Shown here piece by piece: positions 9,643 through 18,155 of a stretch of 64,000 bases of DNA. Position 1 is the stretch's first letter. Every line of letters begins with the position of its first letter. The translations under genes were made by a program, and so were the position numbers. The notes beneath the pieces were generated by a model. That model saw nothing but the letters and a program-made list of their open reading frames with translations. It had not been told where the DNA came from and ran no database searches. The stretch is from the NCBI GenBank assembly GCA_965220625.1, contig CBDCQN010000001.1, positions 156,930 to 220,929 of the forward strand, given 5' to 3'. The stretch is from Dehalococcoidia bacterium. GTDB lineage: Bacteria; Chloroflexota; Dehalococcoidia; Lucifugimonadales; UBA3495.

Positions 9643-10005
9643 GTGCCCAGCTTCTTGGCCGACGAAAACATCGAACCGAGCATCATCGAAGGACTTAAGC
9701 GCCTACTCCCGGCGGTCGATATCGTTACGGTAAGTGAAATTGGCTTGGCTGCGATAGACGATCGGATAATTCTTGAATGGGCAGCGGTAAGCGGACGTAT
9801 CGTAGTTACTCGTGATGTTGACAGCATGATCGGCTACGCCCGAGACCGTGTCAGCGCAGGCCTGTCGATGCCCGGCATGGTTGTCATATCATCATCAAGG
9901 TCATTTGCTTCCATTATAGGGTCCGTGTTTAATATGGCCGAATATGGACTGCCTGGAGAATGGGAAGGACAAATATTGTATGCAGGGTCCAAGCCGATTG
10001 GATAG
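9643..10005 (+). CDS. DUF5615 / PIN-like (Mut7-C-like) nuclease-fold protein (toxin-like partner)
   Basis: 120 aa starting MPSFLADENI, the hallmark FLADENI N-terminus, with VVTRDVD later. There is a 6 nt gap after the DUF433 gene. Confidence 0.6.
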   Translation: MPSFLADENIEPSIIEGLKRLLPAVDIVTVSEIGLAAIDDRIILEWAAVSGRIVVTRDVDSMIGYARDRVSAGLSMPGMVVISSSRSFASIIGSVFNMAEYGLPGEWEGQILYAGSKPIG

Positions 10006-10037
10006 CTGCGCGATGCTGGAGTGAATAAGGAGTTAAC

Positions 10038-11015
10038 ATGGCTACGCTCGTAACTGGCGGTACCGGGTTCGTTGGGGCGAATATCGTCAGAGAGTTGGCG
10101 CGGGCCGGCCACCAGGTGGTGTGCTACGACCTGGTTCCCGCCAGCGCTCTTGTTCAGGATTTTGTCCAGGATTGCGCGGACAGCATCACGTTCGTCCAAG
10201 GAGACATCCTGGACAAAGACGCGGTGGCTGGGCTGGCGGGCCCCCATTCCATCGACAAAATCGTTCACGCCGCCGTCTACACAGTGAACGATCTCAGCTT
10301 GGAGACGGAACGCGGCAACGTAATCGTCGACATCAATTTCGCCGGCACCGCCAACATGCTCGAATTGGCCCGCGGCGTATCGCCCGGCCGTTTCGTTTAC
10401 GTCAGCTCCGGTTCAGCCTACGGGTCGGCGGCGGGCAGCGACCAGACGTTCAACGAAGAACTGCGGGTCGCGCCCGACAATCTGTACGGGATCACCAAAT
10501 ACGCCAGCGAGTTGATAACCCGCCGTTACGGCGAACTGTACGGTTTCTCCACCGCCAGCGTCCGGCTCAGCACCCCCTACGGCCCCATGGAACGGGTCAC
10601 CGGCCACCGGGCGGTAATGTCGGCTCCCTACCAATGGACCCGGCAGGCGGTGCGGGGCGAAGACCTGATTTCCCACGACCTCGGTGAGGGACGGGACTAC
10701 ACCTACGTGGCGGACATCGCCAACGGTATCCGGACCGTTCTGGATGCCCCAACCCTGCCTCATGACCTCTATAACCTGACCAATGGCACGTGGTACACCT
10801 TCGGGCAGATAATCGACACCATCCGGGACCTCTCACCCGGCTCCAGCGTGGTCGAAGTCCCTCCCTCGGAAGCGGTCCCTGACTCCGGAACGCCCCGCGG
10901 CCCCCTTTCCGGCCACCGCTTGTACCATGACTTGGGCTGGACCCCCAGCTACGACCTGCGCTCCGGCCTCGCCGACTACCTGGAATGGCGCCGCAACTCC
11001 GGCTTCCTCGACTGA
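10038..11015 (+). CDS. NAD-dependent epimerase/dehydratase family protein
   Basis: 325 aa with AAGGAG before the ATG. TGGTGFVGANIVREL Rossmann motif and a YGITK (YxxxK) catalytic motif. Confidence 0.85.
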   Translation: MATLVTGGTGFVGANIVRELARAGHQVVCYDLVPASALVQDFVQDCADSITFVQGDILDKDAVAGLAGPHSIDKIVHAAVYTVNDLSLETERGNVIVDINFAGTANMLELARGVSPGRFVYVSSGSAYGSAAGSDQTFNEELRVAPDNLYGITKYASELITRRYGELYGFSTASVRLSTPYGPMERVTGHRAVMSAPYQWTRQAVRGEDLISHDLGEGRDYTYVADIANGIRTVLDAPTLPHDLYNLTNGTWYTFGQIIDTIRDLSPGSSVVEVPPSEAVPDSGTPRGPLSGHRLYHDLGWTPSYDLRSGLADYLEWRRNSGFLD

Positions 11016-11081
11016 CCCGATTTGCCCGCCGAGAGAGCCGCGTTTATCCTTACTTCCCCTGCGGCCTCCGGGGTGTCCGCC

Positions 11082-11114
11082 GTCATACCGGCGAAAGCCG
11101 GTATCCACAGGGTG
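11082..11114 (+). repeat. REP-like palindromic element (ATACCGGCGAAAGCCGGTAT core)
   Basis: GTCATACCGGCGAAAGCCGGTATCCACAGGGTG. An inverted copy lies at 39889-39921 and a variant pair at 38001-38031 / 38120-38150. Confidence 0.7.
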
Positions 11115-11264
11115 CGGCGGGGCTTCTCACCGGGACTGACCAATTACGTACCAAACACCATTTGGTATTTCGTCACCAATACCCTCGTTCGGTTCCCCTC
11201 GGAGCTTTCCGAGGCTCTTCCTACGGGGTACAATCCATCAACCAACCCACCGATGAGGTGAGCC

Positions 11265-12992
11265 GTGCCCACCCTGGAGTTCAAAGGCAAGCAGATTGTC
11301 TACGCCCACCACCTGACCATCCCCTATCGCCCGCTGGTCCCCGACCCCGCCAAGTCGCTGAACCCCGCCGAAGCAGACGACAACCTCATCATCCACGGCG
11401 ATAACCTCAAGGCACTCAAAGCCCTGCTGCCCCGCTACGCCGGCCGCGTCAAATGCATCTACATCGACCCGCCCTACAACACCGGCAGCAACGAGGGCTG
11501 GGCCTACAACGATAGAGTGAACAGCCCGCTGATGAAAGAGTGGCTCCATCAGACGGTTGACAACGAAGACTTGGAACGCCACGACAAGTGGCTCTGCATG
11601 ATGTGGCCCCGCCTGCAACTGCTCCGCGAACTGCTGGACGACGACGGCATCATCTTCATTTCCATTGACGACAACGAACAGCATCACCTACGGCTGTTGA
11701 TGGATGAAGTATTCGGCGAAACCAATTTCATAGCATCTTTTGTATGGGAAGGAACAGCCAAGAATGATGCTAGGTTTGTATCTGTAGGGCATGACTATGT
11801 GCTTACCTATGCCAAGAGTTTCGACGATGTAAAAACAAACACGAAACGATGGCGCGTACTCAAAGAAGGCATCGACGACATTCAAAAGTGCGTTGAAACC
11901 TTGAAAGAACAGCATGGGGATGATTACGTAGCAATTTCAAGCGATCTAAAAGAATGGTACAGGTCTCTCCCGCGTAATCATAAGGCGTGGCAACACAGGC
12001 ATTACAATTGGGTCGACGAGAATGGGGTTTATTTTCCAAGCGACATATCATGGCCAGGTGGCGGCGGGCCCAGATATGAAGTACTACACCCAATTTCGGC
12101 GAAACCCGTGACAGTGCCCGCCAGGGGATGGGTATTCCCACATAAACAGACAATGGATGACGCTGTCCAAGCAAATCGCGTTCATTTCGCAGGTGACGAG
12201 AACGGCGTCCCAAATTTGAAACGCTACCTTCACGAAACAAGCGAACAAGTAGTAACCAGTGTTTTTTATCAAGATAGGAGAGCGGCCCATCAGAACCTAA
12301 GAAGGATCCTTGGTGATATCGAATTTGAATATCCAAAAGATGAAAGGGTCATTGGCAGACTAATAGATACTGTTTCCTCCGATGGGGACATCATCCTCGA
12401 CTCATTCGCTGGCTCCGGCACCACGGCTCACGCCGTCCTCGCTCTGAACAAAGAAGACGGCGGCAACCGCAAATTCATCCTGGCAGAGTGCGAAGACTAC
12501 GCTGACCGCATCACCGCCGAGCGGGTGCGCCGGATCATAAACGGCGTGCCGGGCGCCCGGGACGCCTCCCTTCGGGAAGGGCTGGGTGGCTCTTTCACCT
12601 ATTGCACCCTCGGCGACCCCATAGACATGGAAAAGATGCTGACAGGGGAGGCGCTGCCCGAATACCCGGCGCTGGCCGCTTACCTGTTGCATATCTCGGA
12701 CGGCATATCCGCCGGGGAATCGGTCCTGGCGCGTCGGAACGACGATGGTCTGTTCTACCGCGACGATAAGACGGCCTACTATCTGCTGTATGAACCGGAT
12801 ATAGCTTGGCTGGAAAGCAACGAGTCTATGCTGGACGAGCACCGGGCCGGGCGCATACGCGACGCCAACCGGACTGAAGGCCGGAAAGCCATCGTCTTCG
12901 GCGCAGGCAAGTACATGGGCCAGCGGTTCCTTACGGACATGGGCATCACCTTTTGCCAGTTGCCCTATGAAATGCACCGGGCCGGGCAGTAG
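11265..12992 (+). CDS. mod: Type III restriction-modification methyltransferase (Mod), beta-class N6-adenine/N4-cytosine type
   Basis: 575 aa. Motif IV IYIDPPYNTG lies N-terminal and motif I LDSFAGSGTTAHAV lies C-terminal, with a variable region between them. Immediately followed by res. Confidence 0.9.
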   Translation: MPTLEFKGKQIVYAHHLTIPYRPLVPDPAKSLNPAEADDNLIIHGDNLKALKALLPRYAGRVKCIYIDPPYNTGSNEGWAYNDRVNSPLMKEWLHQTVDNEDLERHDKWLCMMWPRLQLLRELLDDDGIIFISIDDNEQHHLRLLMDEVFGETNFIASFVWEGTAKNDARFVSVGHDYVLTYAKSFDDVKTNTKRWRVLKEGIDDIQKCVETLKEQHGDDYVAISSDLKEWYRSLPRNHKAWQHRHYNWVDENGVYFPSDISWPGGGGPRYEVLHPISAKPVTVPARGWVFPHKQTMDDAVQANRVHFAGDENGVPNLKRYLHETSEQVVTSVFYQDRRAAHQNLRRILGDIEFEYPKDERVIGRLIDTVSSDGDIILDSFAGSGTTAHAVLALNKEDGGNRKFILAECEDYADRITAERVRRIINGVPGARDASLREGLGGSFTYCTLGDPIDMEKMLTGEALPEYPALAAYLLHISDGISAGESVLARRNDDGLFYRDDKTAYYLLYEPDIAWLESNESMLDEHRAGRIRDANRTEGRKAIVFGAGKYMGQRFLTDMGITFCQLPYEMHRAGQ

Positions 12993-13004
12993 GGCAGGCG
13001 CGGC

Positions 13005-15545
13005 ATGGAAATGAAAGAATACCAGGGCAACGCCCTCGACGCCTTCACCCGCTGGCTGGACACGCTGGCCGAGGCGCAAAGGCAGTCGGAGGCCGCTGTC
13101 GCCGCCCTGCAAAACGTCCCCGGCGTCGCCATCCCCGGCGAGATCCGCAACTATCCCAAGACCGCTTGGGAACAGTTAAAGCAATCGGGAGGGGTGGCCG
13201 AGAACGCTGGCCCTTACGTTGACCGCACCGACGAGGCTGGGCGGCCCATTCCCCACGTCTGCTTCAAGGTTCCCACCGGCGAGGGCAAGACGCTGCTGGC
13301 CGCCGCCGCCCTGAAGCGGCTGCACCGGCAGACCGGCCTGGTCCTCTGGATAATGCCGACCAACGCCATCTATGAACAGACCAAGAGAGACCTGAAGAAC
13401 AAGGAACATCCCTACCGGCAGCTATTGGAGATAGCCAGCGGCGGGCGCGTCAAGCTGATGGAGAAGGACGACCCGTTCACCCAGGCCGACACCGCCAACT
13501 CCCTCTGCGTGATGCTGCTCAGCCTGCCCGCGGCCAACCGGCACAGAAACCGCGAGTTTTTGCGAATGTTCCGCGACTCCGGGCGCTACCCCACGTTCTT
13601 TCCCGATAACGACGACGCTTTGGGGGACGGTAAGCTGCTGAGCGACTGCCCGGACCTGGAGCGGACTTCCGAGGGCGGTCCGGTGAAGCACAGCCTGTTC
13701 AACATATTCAAGATGCTGCGCCCCGTGGTAGTTCTGGACGAGGCGCACAAAGCCTATGGCGCCCGCAAGCCGGAGGCCAACGAAGAATTCGCCCGCGCCG
13801 TGAGCCGGCTCGACCCCAGCCTCGTGATCGAGTTGTCGGCAACGCCGAATCGCGGCATCAGCAACTTGCTGGTGGACATACCGGGCCCGGTGCTGAAAGA
13901 TGCGGAAATGATCAAGGCCCCGGTTAGGGTGACATCCTATCCAACTGCCGATTGGCAGAACACATTGAGCGAAGCCGCTGAACGGCTGGACACCCTGGAA
14001 ACTGAAGCGCGGTCTCTGCAAAACAACGGCGGAGACTACATCCGGCCCATCGGCGTCGTGCGCGTGGAACGAACCGGCAACGACCAGCAGGACGGTGACC
14101 ATATCCATGCCGAAGATGTTCGCCGGTTTCTTGTGCAAAATTTGGCCGTTCCCGAAGACGCTGTACGGGTGAAATCCAGCTACAACGATGAGTTACGCGG
14201 CGAAAATCTGCTGTCGGAATTTTCGCCAGTGCGTTGGATAATCACCAAAAATGCCTTGATGGAGGGCTGGGACTGCTCATTCGCCTACGTCCTGGTGATG
14301 CTGGACAACACCCAGGCCCAACGCGCCATCACCCAACTGGTGGGGCGGGTGCTGCGGCAGCCCTACGCCCGGCGTACACACAGAGAACCCCTTGACCAGT
14401 GTTATGTGTACTGCTGGAACACCGATGTAAGCGTCGCTGTAACTCAAGTCAAGAACGGGCTTGAGCAGGAGGGCTTGAGCGGCTTGGGCGACAACGTGAT
14501 TGGGGCGTCAGCCAACCTGATGCAGGTCATGGTAGAAAGGCGGGAGAAGTTTCGCGGCCAGAACATATTCTTGCCGCTGGTGCTCCACAGGGACGGGGAC
14601 AATTGGACGGACTTGGATTATCAACGCCACATTTTGCCGAAGATCTCTTGGGATGCCATCGCGGAACTCGACCCGCAAAGCTCTTTGCCAGATCCGGCCA
14701 AAAGGCAAACAGCATCGGTAGACGTTGGCGACACATTACCGGTTTTTCATGATTCCCAGGAACTGAATATTGATAAGGTCGTCGATGTGTCATGGTTCGC
14801 CCGACGCCTGTCTGATATAACTCCCAATGCGTGGCAGGCATCCCGCATGGCTGAAAAGTTAATGGAACGGCTCCGGACAGCCGGAGAATCTGATGAGCAG
14901 ATTTACGACCGTCGCTCTTATCTCTCATATGCGCTACGCGAGCACGTCAAGGATGAAGTAGAATCGCGGGCGGAGCGGATTTTCCACGATAAAATGCGGC
15001 AGGGAGAAATCCGCTTTGACCTGGAGACCGGGCTGCCCAACTACCAAATGAAAGAGTCTTACGAAATCTCAGTGCCGGACACCTATGGGTTAATGATCGG
15101 GAATGGCGGCCGTCAACTCCAGCTTAATCTGTTTGAGCCGTTATACACCCAACAGTTCGACTCTCCTCTTGAGCGTAACTTCGCCCGCTACTTGGACGAG
15201 GTTAAGGCGTTGCAGTGGTGGCACCGGGTAGCAGCGCGACAGGCCGGGGATTATTTCCTTCGAGGCTGGAAGCAAAACCGCATTTGGCCCGATTTTATAG
15301 CCATGGCAGGCAGCACAGCGGGCAAACCTCACATCTTGGTATTCGAGACCAAAGGGGAAGGTTTTAGCGGCAACCCGGACACCGAGTACAAACGCAAGGT
15401 CCTCGAAACCCTCGAAGGCGCATTCAACGCCGTAGGAACAATGGAAATTTGCGACGGCCCGGCCAAAGGCACTTTCCGCCTCGTGTTCAGCGAGGAAGAG
15501 TTCTCCCAAGCCTTGGTCAACCTGCAATGGGTTTACACCACCTGA
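13005..15545 (+). CDS. res: Type III restriction enzyme Res subunit (SF2 helicase + PD-ExK nuclease)
   Basis: 846 aa. Walker A-like KVPTGEGKT and DEAH box VVLDEAHKA. C-terminal nuclease motif WPDFIAM...ILVFETKGE. Confidence 0.9.
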   Translation: MEMKEYQGNALDAFTRWLDTLAEAQRQSEAAVAALQNVPGVAIPGEIRNYPKTAWEQLKQSGGVAENAGPYVDRTDEAGRPIPHVCFKVPTGEGKTLLAAAALKRLHRQTGLVLWIMPTNAIYEQTKRDLKNKEHPYRQLLEIASGGRVKLMEKDDPFTQADTANSLCVMLLSLPAANRHRNREFLRMFRDSGRYPTFFPDNDDALGDGKLLSDCPDLERTSEGGPVKHSLFNIFKMLRPVVVLDEAHKAYGARKPEANEEFARAVSRLDPSLVIELSATPNRGISNLLVDIPGPVLKDAEMIKAPVRVTSYPTADWQNTLSEAAERLDTLETEARSLQNNGGDYIRPIGVVRVERTGNDQQDGDHIHAEDVRRFLVQNLAVPEDAVRVKSSYNDELRGENLLSEFSPVRWIITKNALMEGWDCSFAYVLVMLDNTQAQRAITQLVGRVLRQPYARRTHREPLDQCYVYCWNTDVSVAVTQVKNGLEQEGLSGLGDNVIGASANLMQVMVERREKFRGQNIFLPLVLHRDGDNWTDLDYQRHILPKISWDAIAELDPQSSLPDPAKRQTASVDVGDTLPVFHDSQELNIDKVVDVSWFARRLSDITPNAWQASRMAEKLMERLRTAGESDEQIYDRRSYLSYALREHVKDEVESRAERIFHDKMRQGEIRFDLETGLPNYQMKESYEISVPDTYGLMIGNGGRQLQLNLFEPLYTQQFDSPLERNFARYLDEVKALQWWHRVAARQAGDYFLRGWKQNRIWPDFIAMAGSTAGKPHILVFETKGEGFSGNPDTEYKRKVLETLEGAFNAVGTMEICDGPAKGTFRLVFSEEEFSQALVNLQWVYTT

Positions 15546-15569
15546 TAGCCGGAACGGGAAGCCCCGCCG

Positions 15570-15680
15570 GGCCTTGCGACACTTGTCCCTTCCCAACGCT
15601 GGGAACGATGCTTCACCATAGTGCCTTTCCAGAATAGTGCAATCCTGATTCTGAATCTAAATTACACAGGGCCTCAAAAG
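15570..15680 (-). repeat. ~111 bp intergenic repeat, copy A (inverted relative to copy at 39954-40064)
   Basis: Hand alignment of the reverse complement with 39954-40064 gives about 13 mismatches in 111 nt. Contains GATTCAGAATC and TTGCAC-N16-TATGGT. Confidence 0.8.
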
Positions 15681-15708
15681 TCTTCCACCGTCTCCCTCCT
15701 CGGCCTCC

Positions 15709-15746
15709 GGGGTGAAAATGGGGGAAAATGAGCGGAAATGAGAGGG
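15709..15746 (-). repeat. Short intergenic repeat (CTCATTTCCGCTCATTTYC core), inverted copy at 37556-37591
   Basis: Reverse complement is CCCTCTCATTTCCGCTCATTTTCCCCCATTTTCACCCC, against CCTCCCATTTCCGCTCATTTCCGGCCATTTTGCCCC at 37556-37591. Confidence 0.7.
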
Positions 15747-15899
15747 AAACTAAAAAAACCGACGCGTTACCCAAAGGGCTCCAGTTGCCGGCGCGAAAAA
15801 ATCTGACTTAACACTCTCGGACACTCGCGGCAAAAACCCCGATTGACCGCTGGTTCACGAAAAATTAAAATGCGCTTATTCCCACACGGGAGAGGACTG

Positions 15900-17348
15900 A
15901 TGCAGGATACGAACATCGAATTGGTCGCCCATCTGCTGCGGCGGGCCGGGTTTGGGGCCAACCGCGACGAACTGGCCTCCCGCGCCTCCGATGGGTATGA
16001 GGCCACGGTGGAGGAATTGCTGAATCCCAAGGAGGAACAACGGATCAGCGACTACTTGGTGCGCCGTTTCCACCCGGAATTCTCGGGGATGATGGGCCCC
16101 TTCGCCCCCGGCGAGAACTGGCTGTACCGGATGGCCACCACCACGGCGCCCCTGCAGGAAAAGATGACCCTTTTCTGGCACGGGATATTCGCCACCGGAT
16201 ACAACAAGGTGACCCACGGCAAGGCGCTGTCCGACCAGACACGGATGTTCCGCCGCCACGCCATGGGCAGCTTCCGCACCCTGCTGTTGGAAATGTCCAG
16301 AGACCCGGCCATGATCATCTGGCTGGACAATCAAGACAACCACAAGGGCGCCATTAACGAGAATTTCGGCCGGGAGTTGCTCGAACTGTTCTCGATGGGA
16401 GTGGGCAACTACACCGAAGCGGACATCAAGGAGTGCGCCCGCGCCTTCACCGGCTGGACCATCGCCAACCGCCAGTACATGGAACTGCGCTCTCAAAGGG
16501 ACTCCGACTGGCCCTACGGCCGCATCTCTTGGCACTTCGAGTTTCACCCCGAAGACCATGACGACGGCGAGAAGGAGTTCTTGGGGGAGCGAGGTAACTT
16601 CAACGGCGGCGACATCGTCGACATCATTTGCAGGCAGCCAGCCACCGCCCGGTTCATCGCCCGCCACCTGTACAGCTTCTTCGTGGCCGACGAACCCCCG
16701 GTGCCGGAGTGGCCCTACACCCCGCCGCAGGACCCCGAAGCCATCGAAACGCTGGTGCGGGCCTACTTCGACAACGACTACAACATCGGCGCGGTGTTGC
16801 GGGCGCTGTTCAACTCCGGCTTCTTCCAGTCCTCCGAGGCCCGGTACGCCAAGGTCAAGAGCCCGGTGGAGCTGGTCGCCGGGGTGCTTCGCCTGACCGG
16901 CGAATTCGACCGGCCCCGCTACGAAATCCTGGAACGGTTCAACCAGGCGTCGTACATGGGCCAGATACTCAACAATCCGCCCAGCGTGGAAGGATGGCAC
17001 CAAGGCACCGAGTGGCTGGACAGCGGAACTCTGGTTGAGAGGATCAACTTCGCCAGCCAGCAGATAGGCGATACCGAAAAACCGGGCATCCAGGCGATGA
17101 TCGGCCGCATCGGGGCCGGCCTACTGCACGATCCGGTGGGGGAGACGACTTCCGCCGAACGTCTGGTGGACGCCTGCCTGGAGGAGGTGGGGGCGCTGTC
17201 GGTGAAAGAAGACACCCGGAGGGTGCTGGTGGACTTCGCCGCCCACGGCTCGGCTCAACAATCCGGCCAAGGCGCCAACACAGACCGCCAGCACATCGCC
17301 GACGTTCTCCAGATGGTGGCCGCCACCCAGGAATTCCAGCGGTCGTAG
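15900..17348 (+). CDS. DUF1800-domain protein
   Basis: N-terminus VAHLLRRAGFGANRDEL plus FWHGIFAT, both typical of DUF1800. Start placed at ATG 15900 (GGGAGAGG upstream). The ORF track starts at TTG 15843. Confidence 0.8.
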   Translation: MQDTNIELVAHLLRRAGFGANRDELASRASDGYEATVEELLNPKEEQRISDYLVRRFHPEFSGMMGPFAPGENWLYRMATTTAPLQEKMTLFWHGIFATGYNKVTHGKALSDQTRMFRRHAMGSFRTLLLEMSRDPAMIIWLDNQDNHKGAINENFGRELLELFSMGVGNYTEADIKECARAFTGWTIANRQYMELRSQRDSDWPYGRISWHFEFHPEDHDDGEKEFLGERGNFNGGDIVDIICRQPATARFIARHLYSFFVADEPPVPEWPYTPPQDPEAIETLVRAYFDNDYNIGAVLRALFNSGFFQSSEARYAKVKSPVELVAGVLRLTGEFDRPRYEILERFNQASYMGQILNNPPSVEGWHQGTEWLDSGTLVERINFASQQIGDTEKPGIQAMIGRIGAGLLHDPVGETTSAERLVDACLEEVGALSVKEDTRRVLVDFAAHGSAQQSGQGANTDRQHIADVLQMVAATQEFQRS

Positions 17349-17385
17349 TCAGTCCGCTCTCCCTCCGGGAGGCCGGCATAAGCAG

Positions 17386-17422
17386 TCCCCTCTCCCTCGG
17401 GGAGACGGTTACGGTGAGGGCG
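17386..17422. repeat. REP-like hairpin element (CCTCTCCCTCGGGGAGA...GGTGAGGGCG)
   Basis: About 80 percent similar by eye to 54521-54560. Lies in the DUF1800/Uma2 intergenic gap. Confidence 0.6.
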
Positions 17423-17456
17423 TCCCACTCAAGCCAGTCAGGTAGGTGTTGTCCCA

Positions 17457-18107
17457 GTGGCCACTCAGAGCTTGAAACCGCGACAGGGTTCGACGCAGAC
17501 ACTGCCGGAGCCTTATGGTCCCATCGTACTTCGGCTAGCCCCCGCCGTGCGGATAACCAGCGAACAGTTGGAAGAGATCTGTGCGCTGAACCGTGATATT
17601 CGCATAGAGCGCAACGCCGAAGGAGATTTGGAGCTGATGCCCCCTACCCTCCCAGTTACCGGGAACCAGGACGCCAACATTACTGCCGATTTGGCTCATT
17701 GGGCGAGGGCAGACGGCAGGGGCGTAGCCTTCAGCTCTGCAGCAGGTTTCACGCTGCCCAATGGAGCGCTGCGTTCCCCCGACGCCTCGTGGATCCTCAA
17801 GTCCCGCCTGACGGAATTGACCGCCGAAGAGAAGCGCGGGTTTTCTCGTATTTGCCCCGACTTCGTTATCGAATTGCGCTCCAGTTCCGATAGACTGAGC
17901 GTGCTGCGCCGCAAGATGGAAGAGTACATGGAAAACGGAGCGCGGCTGGGCTGGCTGATAGACCCGCTTGACCCTCTGCGCCGAGTGTACGTCTACCGTC
18001 CCGGCGCCGAAGTCGAGATACTGGAGCGTCCGGAAACCCTTTCCGGAGAGCCGGAGTTGCCGGGCTTCAAGCTGGACCTGAAACCCGTCTGGGAGCCGGC
18101 TTTCTGA
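17457..18107 (+). CDS. Uma2-family (DUF820) putative endonuclease
   Basis: 216 aa. PD-ExK-like CPDFVIELRSSSD and the C-terminal LPGFKLDL motif typical of Uma2. Confidence 0.75.
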   Translation: MATQSLKPRQGSTQTLPEPYGPIVLRLAPAVRITSEQLEEICALNRDIRIERNAEGDLELMPPTLPVTGNQDANITADLAHWARADGRGVAFSSAAGFTLPNGALRSPDASWILKSRLTELTAEEKRGFSRICPDFVIELRSSSDRLSVLRRKMEEYMENGARLGWLIDPLDPLRRVYVYRPGAEVEILERPETLSGEPELPGFKLDLKPVWEPAF

Positions 18108-18155
18108 CTAACGCTCAGGCCGGCTCCCGCGAAAACCAGATGCCGAGGCGCAACT

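Noticed and set aside
15876-17003. Long antisense ORFs in the track: 15876-17003 (-), 20593-21735 (+), 35296-36801 (+), 42599-43720 (+), 43317-44342 (+), 44408-45445 (+), 61732-62787 (+), 5228-6127 (-), 6919-7887 (-) and others.
   Set aside because: Each lies opposite a gene with clear family motifs. Their translations are Arg/Gly/Pro/Ala-rich and low-complexity with no motifs. These are typical shadow ORFs of high-GC DNA.
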